Shown here: piece by piece, positions 1-10,119 of the stretch
How the letters are laid out: each line of letters opens with the position of its first letter
Position numbering within the stretch: the first letter of the stretch is position 1
Origin: an uncultured Fibrobacterota bacterium
GTDB taxonomy: Bacteria > Fibrobacterota > Chitinivibrionia > Chitinivibrionales > FEN-1185
Direction: 5' to 3'
Length of the DNA stretch: 64,000 bases
Assembly: GCA_963753345.1 (NCBI GenBank)
Contig: CAVWBU010000032.1
Span: forward strand, 1 to 64,000
The notes under the pieces: model-generated
Told to the model about the DNA's origin: nothing
Database searches by the model: none
Seen by the model: only the letters and a program-made list of their open reading frames with translations
Program-made: the position numbers and the translations under genes

Positions 1-137
1 CACCCACTCATTCTTTGGCAATTTTTCCCCGCCGATACTATATTTGATCGTTAAAAATTCGTGCTTTTTTTGCGGCAATAGTGTTCGGCCGCAATGGAGC
101 GCATCGGCAGCAATCATCAGCGTCCCGAACATTTAAA

Positions 138-554
138 ATGTCGCACCTGCAAACCTCCGATATCGTTATCTACGTGTGCAAGAATTGTATTCCGCAGGCC
201 GCAGACCTTCCTGTCCAATGGACCGACCAGGGCATGCACGTCCGCACAAAAGAAATTCCCTGCAGCGGGAAGATCGACGCCCAGTACATGCTCCACGCGC
301 TGGAAGGCGGGGTGCAAGGGGTGTGCATCGTTACCTGCCCGTTGGGAGAATGCACGCTGTCACAGGGAAATTACCGTTCCGAAATGCGGGTCAATACCGT
401 CAAGCGCCTGCTGGCCGAGGTCGGACTTGACCCGGCACGCGCCGAACTCGTGCACTGCCCGGCCGGCGTGACCGCGGAACAGTTCGGCACAATCGTCCGC
501 GAAGCTGCGCGCCGGTTTGCGGCAAAAGCGTCGGCAACCCCACAGGAAAGTTGA
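138..554 (+). CDS. mvhD: MvhD-like hydrogenase Fe-S subunit (divergent)
   Basis: EIPCSGKID...HALEGGVQGV...TCPLGEC...GNYRSEMRV matches the MvhD/FlpD pattern; ATG at 138 within ORF 81..554. Confidence 0.75.
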   Translation: MSHLQTSDIVIYVCKNCIPQAADLPVQWTDQGMHVRTKEIPCSGKIDAQYMLHALEGGVQGVCIVTCPLGECTLSQGNYRSEMRVNTVKRLLAEVGLDPARAELVHCPAGVTAEQFGTIVREAARRFAAKASATPQES

Positions 555-558
555 TATT

Positions 559-1476
559 ATGCAACAAGAGAAATCGAACCTGCAGAATCGGATCGAATCC
601 GGCAAGCCGATCGTCACGGCTGAAATCGCCCCGCCCGCGTCGTCTGACCCTGCAACCGTCCGCTCCCTGGTCAAAGGCTTTAGCGGCAAGGTCCATGCGC
701 TCGGCATCAGCGACAACAGGGACGGGGTTGCCATGTCGGCTGTTGCAGCCTCGGCCATTGCAGTCTCCGAAAACGTCGAGCCGATTTTGCACATGACCAC
801 GCGCGACCGTAACCGCACCGCGCTCGTGTCGGATTTTCTGGGCGCCCGGGCCCTGGGCGTGCGCAACATGCTGTGCACGAGCGGCACGCACCAGACCCTT
901 CATCCGTTTCGCGCGGCAAAGAACGTGTTCGACATCGACGCGACGATACTTCTTCAAAGCCTGCATAACCTGGGAAAAAACGCTTCGATCGTTGGTGAAG
1001 AAAATATCGACGGCGATACATCGTATTGCCTTGGTGCCGTGGCTTCGCCGTTTGCCGATCCGATGGAACTGCAGTTGCCTCGGCTTGCCCAGAAGATTTT
1101 CGTGGGCGCGCAATTCATTGTTACGGAACCGGTCTTCGACCTCGATCGTTTCGGCCTGTGGTGGAAGGAAGTGACCAATCGCGGGCTTCAGGAAAAGGCC
1201 GCGTTCATCGCAGGGATAAGAATATTGACCAGTGCCGAGACCGCAAAGGCGTTTGTTGAAAAGCGGCCGTTGCCGCTCGTGCCGGCATCGATTGTCGAGC
1301 GCCTGACTTCGAAAAAGGACAAGGCCGCGTGCCGGTCCGAAGGAATCGCTGTTGCCCAAGAAATCATGAATAAACTTTCGGCAGTGGCCGGCCTGCGGGG
1401 ATTTGAAATCGTGTGCGATGAAGACCACAACGCGGCGCTTGAAGTGCTGGCAAGCCTGAAATCGAAGATCGGATAG
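559..1476 (+). CDS. metF: methylenetetrahydrofolate reductase (MetF-like)
   Basis: TAEIAPP, ISDN, PILHMTTRDRNR, KIFVGAQFIVTEPVFD motifs. Confidence 0.85.
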   Translation: MQQEKSNLQNRIESGKPIVTAEIAPPASSDPATVRSLVKGFSGKVHALGISDNRDGVAMSAVAASAIAVSENVEPILHMTTRDRNRTALVSDFLGARALGVRNMLCTSGTHQTLHPFRAAKNVFDIDATILLQSLHNLGKNASIVGEENIDGDTSYCLGAVASPFADPMELQLPRLAQKIFVGAQFIVTEPVFDLDRFGLWWKEVTNRGLQEKAAFIAGIRILTSAETAKAFVEKRPLPLVPASIVERLTSKKDKAACRSEGIAVAQEIMNKLSAVAGLRGFEIVCDEDHNAALEVLASLKSKIG

Positions 1477-1481
1477 GTTTC

Positions 1482-2888
1482 GTGCCCGCAAAATTCCACA
1501 TCAATACGCAGCCGACGCCGCCGCGCCTCAAGCCCGAAGGGAAGCTCGGCATTGTTGACTGGCGGGAAGACTGCGCAAGCTGCAAGAACTGCGTGAAGAA
1601 GGGGTGCGTCTACGGGCTGTACCGCGACGAGGCCGACGCCCTGCACGATGAACTCGGCTATCTCGACTACATTTACCAGTGCAAAGGCTGTCTCACCTGC
1701 ATCCAGAACTGCACCAAGAACATTCTCACCCGCGTTGAAAACCCGGAATACAAGAAGCTCGGCGACGCCTATTTCACGCCCGACATCGTGAGCACCACGT
1801 GGTATCAGGCCGAGACCGGCGCGGTCCCTGTGTCGGGCTGCGGCTACGGCGGGCCGTTTTCCGGCGCGGGCTTCGATTCCATGTGGACCGACATGTCCGA
1901 AATCGTGCGGCCCACGCGCGACGGCATCCACGGCCGCGAATACATCAACACCGGCGTCGACATAGGCCGCAAACAGGGCAGGCTCGTGTTTGACAACATG
2001 GAAATGCGCACCCCTGTCCTGCCGCGCCTGGTAAGCCCGCTGCCCATCATGTTCGACGACCTGCCGAAGCAATGGCGCCACAAACCCGTGGTGTCGGCGA
2101 TGGTGAAGGCGGGCGCGAACCTCGGCCTCTATTCCATGGTGTCCGGCGACCAGGTCGCGGCGCAGAGAAAAGCGCACCGCAATCACGTGGTGCCTCTTGT
2201 CAATCAAGACGGCACGTTTGCCGGGGAGAACATTGCCGATGCTCCCATGGTGATGGTTCCCGACTCTGAAAAGATCCTCGACGTCATCGCTGCGCTCAAG
2301 AAGGAGAACGGCACGCGGCTCGTTGGTGTGCGTGCAACGTCCGGGACCGAGGCGCATAACCGGGTGCTCTGGCTTGCACAGCAGGGCGTTGAAGTCATCA
2401 ATCTTGTATTTGACAGGCACGGCAGGGAAATCAATTCATCCACACCGCGCCACATGCGCGACGCGATACGGCAGGCGCATGGCGCGCTTGTAAAGACCTG
2501 CATCCGCGACGAGGTGACGCTGGTGACCTCGGGCGGCATCGGCCTGCCCGAGCACATGGCCAAGGCCATCATCTGCGGCGCGGACCTGGTGGCTGTCGAC
2601 GTGCCGCTCGTGATCGCGCTGGAATGCCGGCTGTGCGGCGAGTGCGAGCGCGGCGAGTGGTGCCAGGTGGACCTGGCGAACATCGACGAGGCATATGCGG
2701 TACGCAGGATAACCAACCTCATGGGTTCGTGGCACAGCCAGCTGCTCGAAATGCTCGGCGCCATGGGAATACGCGAGGCGCGCCGCCTGCGCGGCGAGGT
2801 GGGGCGGTGCATGTTCTTCGAGGACCTCGAGGCCGCCGCGTTCGGGAGAATTTTCGGGAAACGAAAAGATACCGTTGCAAGGGAATGA
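1482..2888 (+). CDS. 4Fe-4S + glutamate-synthase FMN-domain-like protein (degenerate motifs)
   Basis: N-terminal CxxCxxC and CKGCLTCIQNC; GFDSMWTDMSEIVRPTRDG; IRDEVTLVTSGGI...AKAIICGAD. Confidence 0.75.
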   Translation: MPAKFHINTQPTPPRLKPEGKLGIVDWREDCASCKNCVKKGCVYGLYRDEADALHDELGYLDYIYQCKGCLTCIQNCTKNILTRVENPEYKKLGDAYFTPDIVSTTWYQAETGAVPVSGCGYGGPFSGAGFDSMWTDMSEIVRPTRDGIHGREYINTGVDIGRKQGRLVFDNMEMRTPVLPRLVSPLPIMFDDLPKQWRHKPVVSAMVKAGANLGLYSMVSGDQVAAQRKAHRNHVVPLVNQDGTFAGENIADAPMVMVPDSEKILDVIAALKKENGTRLVGVRATSGTEAHNRVLWLAQQGVEVINLVFDRHGREINSSTPRHMRDAIRQAHGALVKTCIRDEVTLVTSGGIGLPEHMAKAIICGADLVAVDVPLVIALECRLCGECERGEWCQVDLANIDEAYAVRRITNLMGSWHSQLLEMLGAMGIREARRLRGEVGRCMFFEDLEAAAFGRIFGKRKDTVARE

Positions 2889-2900
2889 AGATGAAAAAGA

Positions 2901-2991
2901 TTCACCACGGAGCCACAGAGAGCACAGAGAAGAAAAAACAATAACAATCATCTCCGTGGATTTCTCTGTGTCCTCCGTGCCTCTGTGGTGA
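2901..2991. repeat. inverted repeat of 9-mer-periodic cacagag units
   Basis: tcaccacggagccacagagagcacagag ... ctctgtgtcctccgtgcctctgtggtga. Confidence 0.8.
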
Positions 2992-3026
2992 GTCCTGATT
3001 TTCAATAGAAATCCAAGCTTTGTCAT

Positions 3027-4591
3027 ATGACAACATCAACCAAAACACATCCCCAAAAAGTTGAAGATTTTTCCTCGCACCCGGACTTCGCCGAGGTTTC
3101 ACGCACGGTGCGGCAGGCGCTGCCGCGGTACCGCAACGAAATCGGCAAGTTCAGCATTCACCGTTCGTCGAAGTGCAAATCCTGCGGACGGTGCGTCGAG
3201 ATCTGCCAGCACGGCGTGCACAGCCGTCCGGCCGGGTACCGGCAGGTGATCCGGCCCTTCGATTACCGCTGCATCGGCCCGGATTGCGAGAAGACCGGCC
3301 GGTTCTGCATCACCAACTGCCCGCAGCAAGCCCTGTCGCTTTCCGAAAGCCCGGTCTTTAGGACCCTCGGCGATTATCGCTGGACGCCCGATCTGCTCTC
3401 GGCAAACTGGTTCATGGCCGAGACGGGCAAGAAGCCGCCGGCATTTCTCGAAAGTCAAATCGGCGCTTCGGGCGGCGGTTTCGACCGGATGCGGTTCGTG
3501 TTTCCCGACAAGGTCCCGGCGGGACTGCGGCGCGAGGACATCAACACCAAGCTGTTGCTTAACAAACGGAAAAACGATCCGCGGCCCAAGATCACCATCG
3601 ACGTTCCCTGGTACGGCGGCGGCATGTCGTTCGGCTCGACCAACATACGGGCGCAGCTCGGCAAGGTGCGCGCTGCAAAGGCCTGGAACACCTTTTCGTG
3701 CACCGGCGAGGGCGGGTATCCGGACCGATTTATTCCCTACAAAGACAACATGATCACCCAGGTCGCCACCGGCCTGTTCGGCGTGCGCGAGGAGACCATC
3801 CAGCGCGCGCGCATCGTGGAATTCAAGTATGCCCAGGGCGCAAAGCCGGGTCTTGGCGGCCACCTTCTGGGCGACAAGAACACGCCCGCGGTGGCGGCCA
3901 TGCGCGAGGCAGTGGTGGGCACGTCGCTGTTCTCGCCGTTCCCGTTCCACAGCGTGTATTCCATCGAAGACCACAAGAAGCACCTCGACTGGATCGCGCA
4001 TGTCAACAGGACAACGCTGCTTTCCGCCAAGGTGTCCACGCCCAACGACGTGGAAATGGTGGCGGTGGGAGCATACTGCGCCGGCGCGCACATCGTGCAC
4101 ATGGACGGCAGCTACGGCGGCACCGGCGCATCGCCCAACATCGCCAAGAAAAACATCGCCATGCCCATCGAATACGCGATAAGCAACGTTCACCAGTTCC
4201 TGGTGGACGAGGGCGTCCGCGACGAGGTCACGCTCATTGTTTCAGCGGCGGGATCCGCAATCCCTGGGACATCGCCAAGGCCATTGCCATGGGCGCGGAC
4301 GGCATTGTTATCGGCACCGCGGAACTGGTGGCGCTCGGGTGCATACGCTGCGGCTGCTGCGAAAGCGGCCGGGGATGCCCGCGCGGCATCTGCACCACCG
4401 ACCCCGAACTTCTCGAGCTGCTCACCGTGGACTGGTGCACGCAGCGGCTTGTCAATCTCCACAACGCGTTCAGGGAAATTCTTGTTGATATCCTTTACCG
4501 GCTGGGACTTGAATCGGTGACTGCGCTGCGGGGCAGGACCGATTTACTGATGCACCTTGATTACGACAACAAGAGAGACGGAACGAAATAG
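3027..4591 (+). CDS. 4Fe-4S + glutamate synthase FMN-binding subunit (archaeal GltB2 type); frameshift near 4243
   Basis: GGMSFGS, TGEGG, QVATGLFGV, EFKYAQGAKPGLGGHL; continues in another frame as SGGIRNPWDIAKAIAMGADG...GCIRCGCCESGRGCPRGICT. Confidence 0.85.
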
Positions 4592-4593
4592 GA

Positions 4594-7234
4594 ATGAGTA
4601 CGCACGCAAATTTTGACCGCGCACGCGCGTATGTCCGCAGCCGCGAAGCACTCCGGCCCGCCGGCGAGTGGTTCCAGAAGCCGCAGGAAGCGGAAGGCGG
4701 TTGCGGCGTCACGGGGTTTGCCTGCACCATTCCGGTGCGGCGGCAAGCACATCTACGAGCCGAGCATCCAGATGCGCAACCGCGGCAACGGCAAGGGCGG
4801 CGGCATCGCGGCGTGCGGGCTGGTGGCCGAGGATTTCGGCGTGTCGCGCAAGGTGCTCGAAGAAGATTACATTCTCCAGGTGGCGCTGCTCGATCCCACC
4901 GCAAAGGGCGAGGTCGAAAAGGAATTTGTCGAGCCGTTCTTCGACGTGCACCAAGGCGGGATGATCCCCACGGTCAAGGACTACCGCGACGTGCCGCTCC
5001 TTGTAGTCGAAGCCGCCCGACGTTGCGCGATATTTCGTGCGCGTAAAGCCCGGCGCTCTGGAAAAATTTGCGGTCGAGAAGAAACTGACCGGCCTTGCTC
5101 CGCGCGAGATCGAAGACGAGTTCGTGTTCCAGAATTCCGCAAGACTCAACAACCGGTTCTACGCGTCCCTCGGCGACAAGCGCGCGTTCGTGCTGTCGCA
5201 CGCCCGCAACCTCATCATTCTCAAGGTCGTGGGATACGCAGAGGCGGTAGTGCAGTACTACTGCATGGAAGATTCGCGGGCGCACGTATGGATCGCGCAC
5301 CAGCGGTATCCCACGCGCGGCCGCGTGTGGCACCCGGGCGGCTGCCATCCGTTCATCGGCATGAACGAGGCGCTCGTGCACAACGGCGACTTCGCCAACT
5401 ATCTTTCGGTGTGCGAATACCTTGCGCAGCGCAACCTGTTCCCGCAGTTCCTCACCGACACCGAAGCGTCCATCATGCTGTTCGACCTCATGAACCGCGT
5501 GTACAAGTATCCCGTCGAATACATCATCGAATCGCTCGCGCCCACCACCGAGCTCGACTTCGACCGCCTGCCGCCGGAGAAGCAGCATGTCTACCGCGAG
5601 ATCCAGACCACGCAGATCCACTCCTCGCCCGACGGGCCGTGGTTCTTCATCATCGCGCGCAACCTTGACAAAAAGGGATTCCAGCTCCTGGGCATCACCG
5701 ACACGGCCATGCTGCGGCCGCAGGTGTTCGCCCTGCAGGAGGGCGAGGTCTCCATCGGGCTCATCTGCTCCGAGAAGCAGGCCATCGACGCGACGCTGGC
5801 CAGCCTGCACGCCGAAGACCCGCGGTTTTCGCCCATTGCCGACAAATACTGGAACGCGCGCGGCGGAAGCTCCACCGACGGCGGCGCGTTCCTCCTCAAC
5901 GTGACGCCGAACGGCAGCGGGAACGGCCATGCGCCGTCGTACAATCTTTCGGTCACCAACAAGTTCGGCGCGAAGGTTTCTACAAGGCCAGGCCAGGTGC
6001 ATTGCGATTTGTCAAAACCGGCCGCCGTGCCCGCGGATGCGCACACCGACAGCGCAAAGATCGCGGAGCTTGCCGGCGTGGGCGACGCGGTTGCGCTGTA
6101 CGGGTTCCTGCGGGACGGCATTGACAAAATCGACTACGACCGCCTGCGCTTCCGTGCTGGCGGGATAGCCCTTGCGACCGCGCCGGCCAATCCGCAACTG
6201 GGCATTGACGCCCTCACGCTCGGAATAGACCGCAGGTATCCCACCGGCGCGAAGAAGCGCAGCTCGGTGGTGGCAATCTGCCGCCTTGGCCTGGAATCAA
6301 TTTTTGAAAAACAGCCTCTTTTCGGCGAAGAATCGAAAGCGGCGCTCCGCAGGATCACCTGGGAAACCCGCAAACGCCTGCGGGGGCCGGAGTCTCATGA
6401 GAAAACCCTGCTTGTTGACGCGCGCGGCTTTTCGGCCGAAGGCGAAAACAGCGACGCGTTTCTCGCCGTGGACGCGTATCATCTCGGATGGCGGCACATT
6501 ATCCACTATAATTCGCGCGGCACGCGTTTCCACGCAACCGGTTTCGGCCCGGCCACCGACGGACTGCGCATCGACTGCTACGACAATCCCGGCGACTACC
6601 TCGGCTCGGGCGTCGACGGCCTGGAGGCGTACGTTCATTGCAACGCGCAGGACCAGCTGTGCCAGATTTCCAAGCGCGGCAAGGTGGTGGTGTACGGCGA
6701 TGTGGGCCAGACGTTTTTGTACGGCGCCAAGGGCGGCGACATCTTCGTGCTGGGCAACGCGGCCGGACGGCCCATGATCAACGCCGTGGGAAAGCCGAAG
6801 GTCGTGATCAACGGCACGGCGTTGGACTTCCTCGCCGAATCGTTCATGGCCGGCGACGCGCTGGCGGGCGGCGGATTTGCAATTGTCAATGGCCTGCGCG
6901 TGGAAGACAACGGCGACATCGTAGCGCTCGACCTGCCGTATCCCGGCAGCAACCTGCTTGTCACTGGCGTCCGGCGGCGCGATTTACGTGCGCGACCCGC
7001 AAGCGCACGCTCGTGGGCGAGCAGCTCAACGGCGGCATATTCGGGAAGTTTGCAAATGAGGATTGGAAGCTCATCCTGCCGTATCTGCTGGAGAACGAGC
7101 GGCTGTTCGACATCAGGATTGAGCGCGACCTGCTCACCGTGGACGGTGCTGTCCGTAAGCCCGCGCAGGTGTACAGGAAGGTGATGCCGAAGGGAAAGTC
7201 GGCGGAGCTTGAGATCGAGGACGCAGGGGAATAA
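4594..7234 (+). CDS. glutamate-synthase-like Ntn amidotransferase + GXGXG domain fusion; frameshifts near 4740, 5005 and 6960-7005
   Basis: EGGCGVTG (Ntn Cys), RNRGNGKGGG, AHQRYPT, HPF, VHNGDFAN, TDTE; C-terminal GDVGQTFLYGAKGG...GNAAGRP. Confidence 0.85.
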
Positions 7235-7293
7235 CTCACCCCGCCTGTCGGCACCCCTCTCTTTCAAGAGAGGGGAAGCGAAGCGGGGGTGAG
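7235..7293. repeat. ctcacccc...cccctctc...gagagggg...ggggtgag hairpin repeat
   Basis: nested inverted repeats; related copies at 18184-18273 and 43030-43082. Confidence 0.8.
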
Positions 7294-7329
7294 TTGAAAA
7301 GATTTCAGAACGAAAAAGAAAACTATCAT

Positions 7330-8241
7330 ATGACTACCGAAACCGTAACTGTACAGAAATCAACCACACAAGCCAAGAAAGAGCCCGTGGGCGCGGTGCT
7401 CGTGTGCGGCGGAGGCATTGCGGGAATCCAGTCCGCGCTCGACCTCTCGGCCGCAGGGTTCTACGTGTATCTGGTTGAAGAAAGCCCCACCATCGGCGGC
7501 AACATGGCGCGGCTCGACAAGACGTTTCCCACGGGCGACTGCGCCACGTGCATCATTTCGCCCAAGGTTGTCGCGTGCATGCGCGACCTTAACATAGAAG
7601 TGATCACCATGGCCCAGGTAAAGGCGCTCTCGGGCGAGGCGGGGAACTTCAGGGCGACGCTTTCGGTGCGGCCGCGCTTTGTCAACGAGGACAAATGCAC
7701 CGGCTGCGGCGACTGCGTGGAGCGCTGCCCGGTGAGAAACATACCGCAGGCGGTTGCGGCGCCGGTCGCGGAGGCGGTGCTTGACAAACAAGACCAGGCG
7801 CTCCTTGATGATCTTATCTCCCGGCATGCGGGCGATCCGGGCGCGCTCATGCCTGTTCTGGAGGCGGTGAACAGGACGCGCGGCTATCTTCCGCGGCCGC
7901 TGCTCGAGCATGCGGCGGTGCGTCTCGACATTCCCCTTGCGCAAGTGCTCACGGTGGCGAGTTTTTACGATAAAATGGGGTTTAAGGCGCCGGGAAGGCA
8001 TGTGATCCAGTTGTGCAACGGCACGAGCTGCCATTCGCAGCGCTCCGGGGTATTGCTCCGGGCGCTGGAGAAAAAACTCGGCGTTTCCGAGGGCGGCACC
8101 GACAAATCGGGTCGCTTTACGTTAAAGACTGTCCGCTGCCTGGGCCTGTGCGCGCTGTCGCCGTCGATGCGCATCGACGACGTAAGCTTCGGCAAAGTAA
8201 ATGTAGACGACCTTGACGGGATACTGGGACAATTCAAATGA
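7330..8241 (+). CDS. HdrA N-terminal fragment (FAD Rossmann + 4Fe-4S) fused to NuoE-like 2Fe-2S domain
   Basis: GGGIAGIQSALDL...IGGNMARLDKTFPTGDCATCI...CTGCGDCVERCP, then LMPVLEAV...GYLP...VASFY...CNGTSCH...CLGLCALSP. Confidence 0.85.
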   Translation: MTTETVTVQKSTTQAKKEPVGAVLVCGGGIAGIQSALDLSAAGFYVYLVEESPTIGGNMARLDKTFPTGDCATCIISPKVVACMRDLNIEVITMAQVKALSGEAGNFRATLSVRPRFVNEDKCTGCGDCVERCPVRNIPQAVAAPVAEAVLDKQDQALLDDLISRHAGDPGALMPVLEAVNRTRGYLPRPLLEHAAVRLDIPLAQVLTVASFYDKMGFKAPGRHVIQLCNGTSCHSQRSGVLLRALEKKLGVSEGGTDKSGRFTLKTVRCLGLCALSPSMRIDDVSFGKVNVDDLDGILGQFK

Positions 8242-9979
8242 CCACAACGGTAAAATCCGCAGCTGATCTCGACCTGCTCGCACAGGCGGGCAGCGCTACG
8301 TTGTACCCCAGGGGGCTTAAAATCCTCGTTGGTTCCGCCACGTGCGGCCTTGCCATGGGCGCGGCAAAGGTCGAAGAGGCCGCAATCGCAACGGTCAAGA
8401 AGTTCAAGGCCGACGTTGCGGTAAAGCGCACGGGCTGCATAGGGTTCTGCAGCCAGGAACCGCTGCTCGACCTGGTGCTGCCGAACGGCCCGCGCATAAG
8501 CTTTGGTTCCATGACGCCGCAGAAAACGCGCGCCCTGCTCTCGGCATTTTTGACAAAAGGCGATTTCGGTGGAGTGATCCCGCTCGGCCGGTTTTCCGGC
8601 GAAGAGCACGTTTTGACGGGTGAGGTGCATCGCTACGGTTCCTCGCCGGTCGGCGGAAGGCATTCCGGAATGGTCGAGCCTCGATTTCTTCAGGCTCCAG
8701 AAAAAAGTAATCATGCGCAACTGCGGGTCCATAGACCCCATGTCGATTGAGGAAAGCGTTGCCCGCGGTTCGTACCGCGGCGCGCTCAAGGCGCTTTTGT
8801 CAATGAAGCCTGAACAGGTGCTCGACGAGATATCCGCCTCCGGCCTTCGCGGCCGCGGCGGCGCGTATTTCCCCACGGGCCAGAAGTGGCGGTTCGCGCG
8901 GAACGCCAAGGGCGATGTCAAATATGTGGTATGCAACGCAGACGAGGGCGCGCCTGGGTCGTCGATGGACCGCACCGTGCTCGAAGGCGACCCGCACGCG
9001 ATCATCGAGGGCATGATCGTGGGCTCGTACGCGATCGGCGCGCAGCAGGGCTTTGTCTACGTGCGCAGCGAATACCCGCTCGCCATCGCCATCCTCGAAC
9101 ATGCCATTGCCGAAGCGGAAAAGCACGGGCTCCTCGGCGACAACATCTTTGGAAGCGGCTGGTCGTTCTCACTGTCGGTCCGCCGCGGGGCAGGCGCCTA
9201 TGTGTGCGGCGAGGAAACCGGCCTCATCGAATCCATCGAAGGTCATGCGGGCGAACCGCGGGGCAGGCCGCCGTTCCCCGTGACCCATGGCCTGTGGGGA
9301 AAACCCACGGTGGTGAACAATGTAAAAACATGGGCCAGCGTCGCGCCCATCCTCACCAGGGGCAGTGCATGGTACGCATCCATGGGGACCAAGAACACTA
9401 CGGGCACCACGGTGTTTTCGCTCGAAGGGTCGGTAAACAACGCCGGGCTCGTTGAGGTGCCGTTCGGCATCACGCTCCGCGACATGATTTACAAAATGGG
9501 AGACGGCGTGCGCGGGGGCAAGGAATGCAAGGCCGTGCAGGTGGGCGGTCCGTCCATCGGCTGCATCCCGCCGTCCATGCTCGACCTCGCCATCGACTCG
9601 GTTGACGTTCCGGGAAAATCGGCAAACATGGGGACCGGCGGCATCATCGTGATGGACAGCGACTCGTGCGTGGTTGACATGACGAGATTCCTTCTCGGAT
9701 TTTTCGTCGACGAATCGTGCGGCAGGTGCACGCCGTGCCGCGAAGGCACCAAACAGATGTACGGCGTGCTCGAGAACAATTTGCGAAGGCAAAGGCGGCG
9801 CCGATTCAGTTGACAAATTGGAGCGGCTCAGCAGGGCCATGAACGCCGCCTCGGTGTGCGGGCTCGGCACCACCGCGTCGGGCCCGGTGACAAACGCGAT
9901 TCTCCATTTCCGCGATGAAATCGATGCGCACATAGCGGGCCGCAGGTGCCCGGCGGGCGTGTGCGCGATGGGGAAGTGA
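8238..9979 (+). CDS. NuoF/HydB-like NAD(H) dehydrogenase subunit with N-terminal 2Fe-2S domain; frameshifts near 8645 and 9780
   Basis: ATCGLAMGA...TGCIGFCSQEP; SGLRGRGGAYFPTG, CNADEGAPG..MDR, GAGAYVCGEETGL, ESCGRCTPCREG; ends CPAGVCAMGK* without a C-terminal 2x4Fe-4S domain. Confidence 0.85.
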
Positions 9980-10008
9980 GGAACCGGAACATTGCAATGC
10001 TCCTAATT

Positions 10009-10076
10009 GCCGTTCGTGCTGAGCTCCTCGTCGAAGCACGAACACCGCGCCCTTCGACAGGCTCAGGGCGAACGGT
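10009..10076. repeat. cttcgacaggctcag-type inverted repeat
   Basis: ccgttcgtgctgagc...gtcgaagc / cttcgacaggctcagggcgaacgg. Confidence 0.75.
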
Positions 10077-10119
10077 CATCGGTCATGCAGTAGATGAGTA
10101 TTGACGGAAAAAGAAACCA

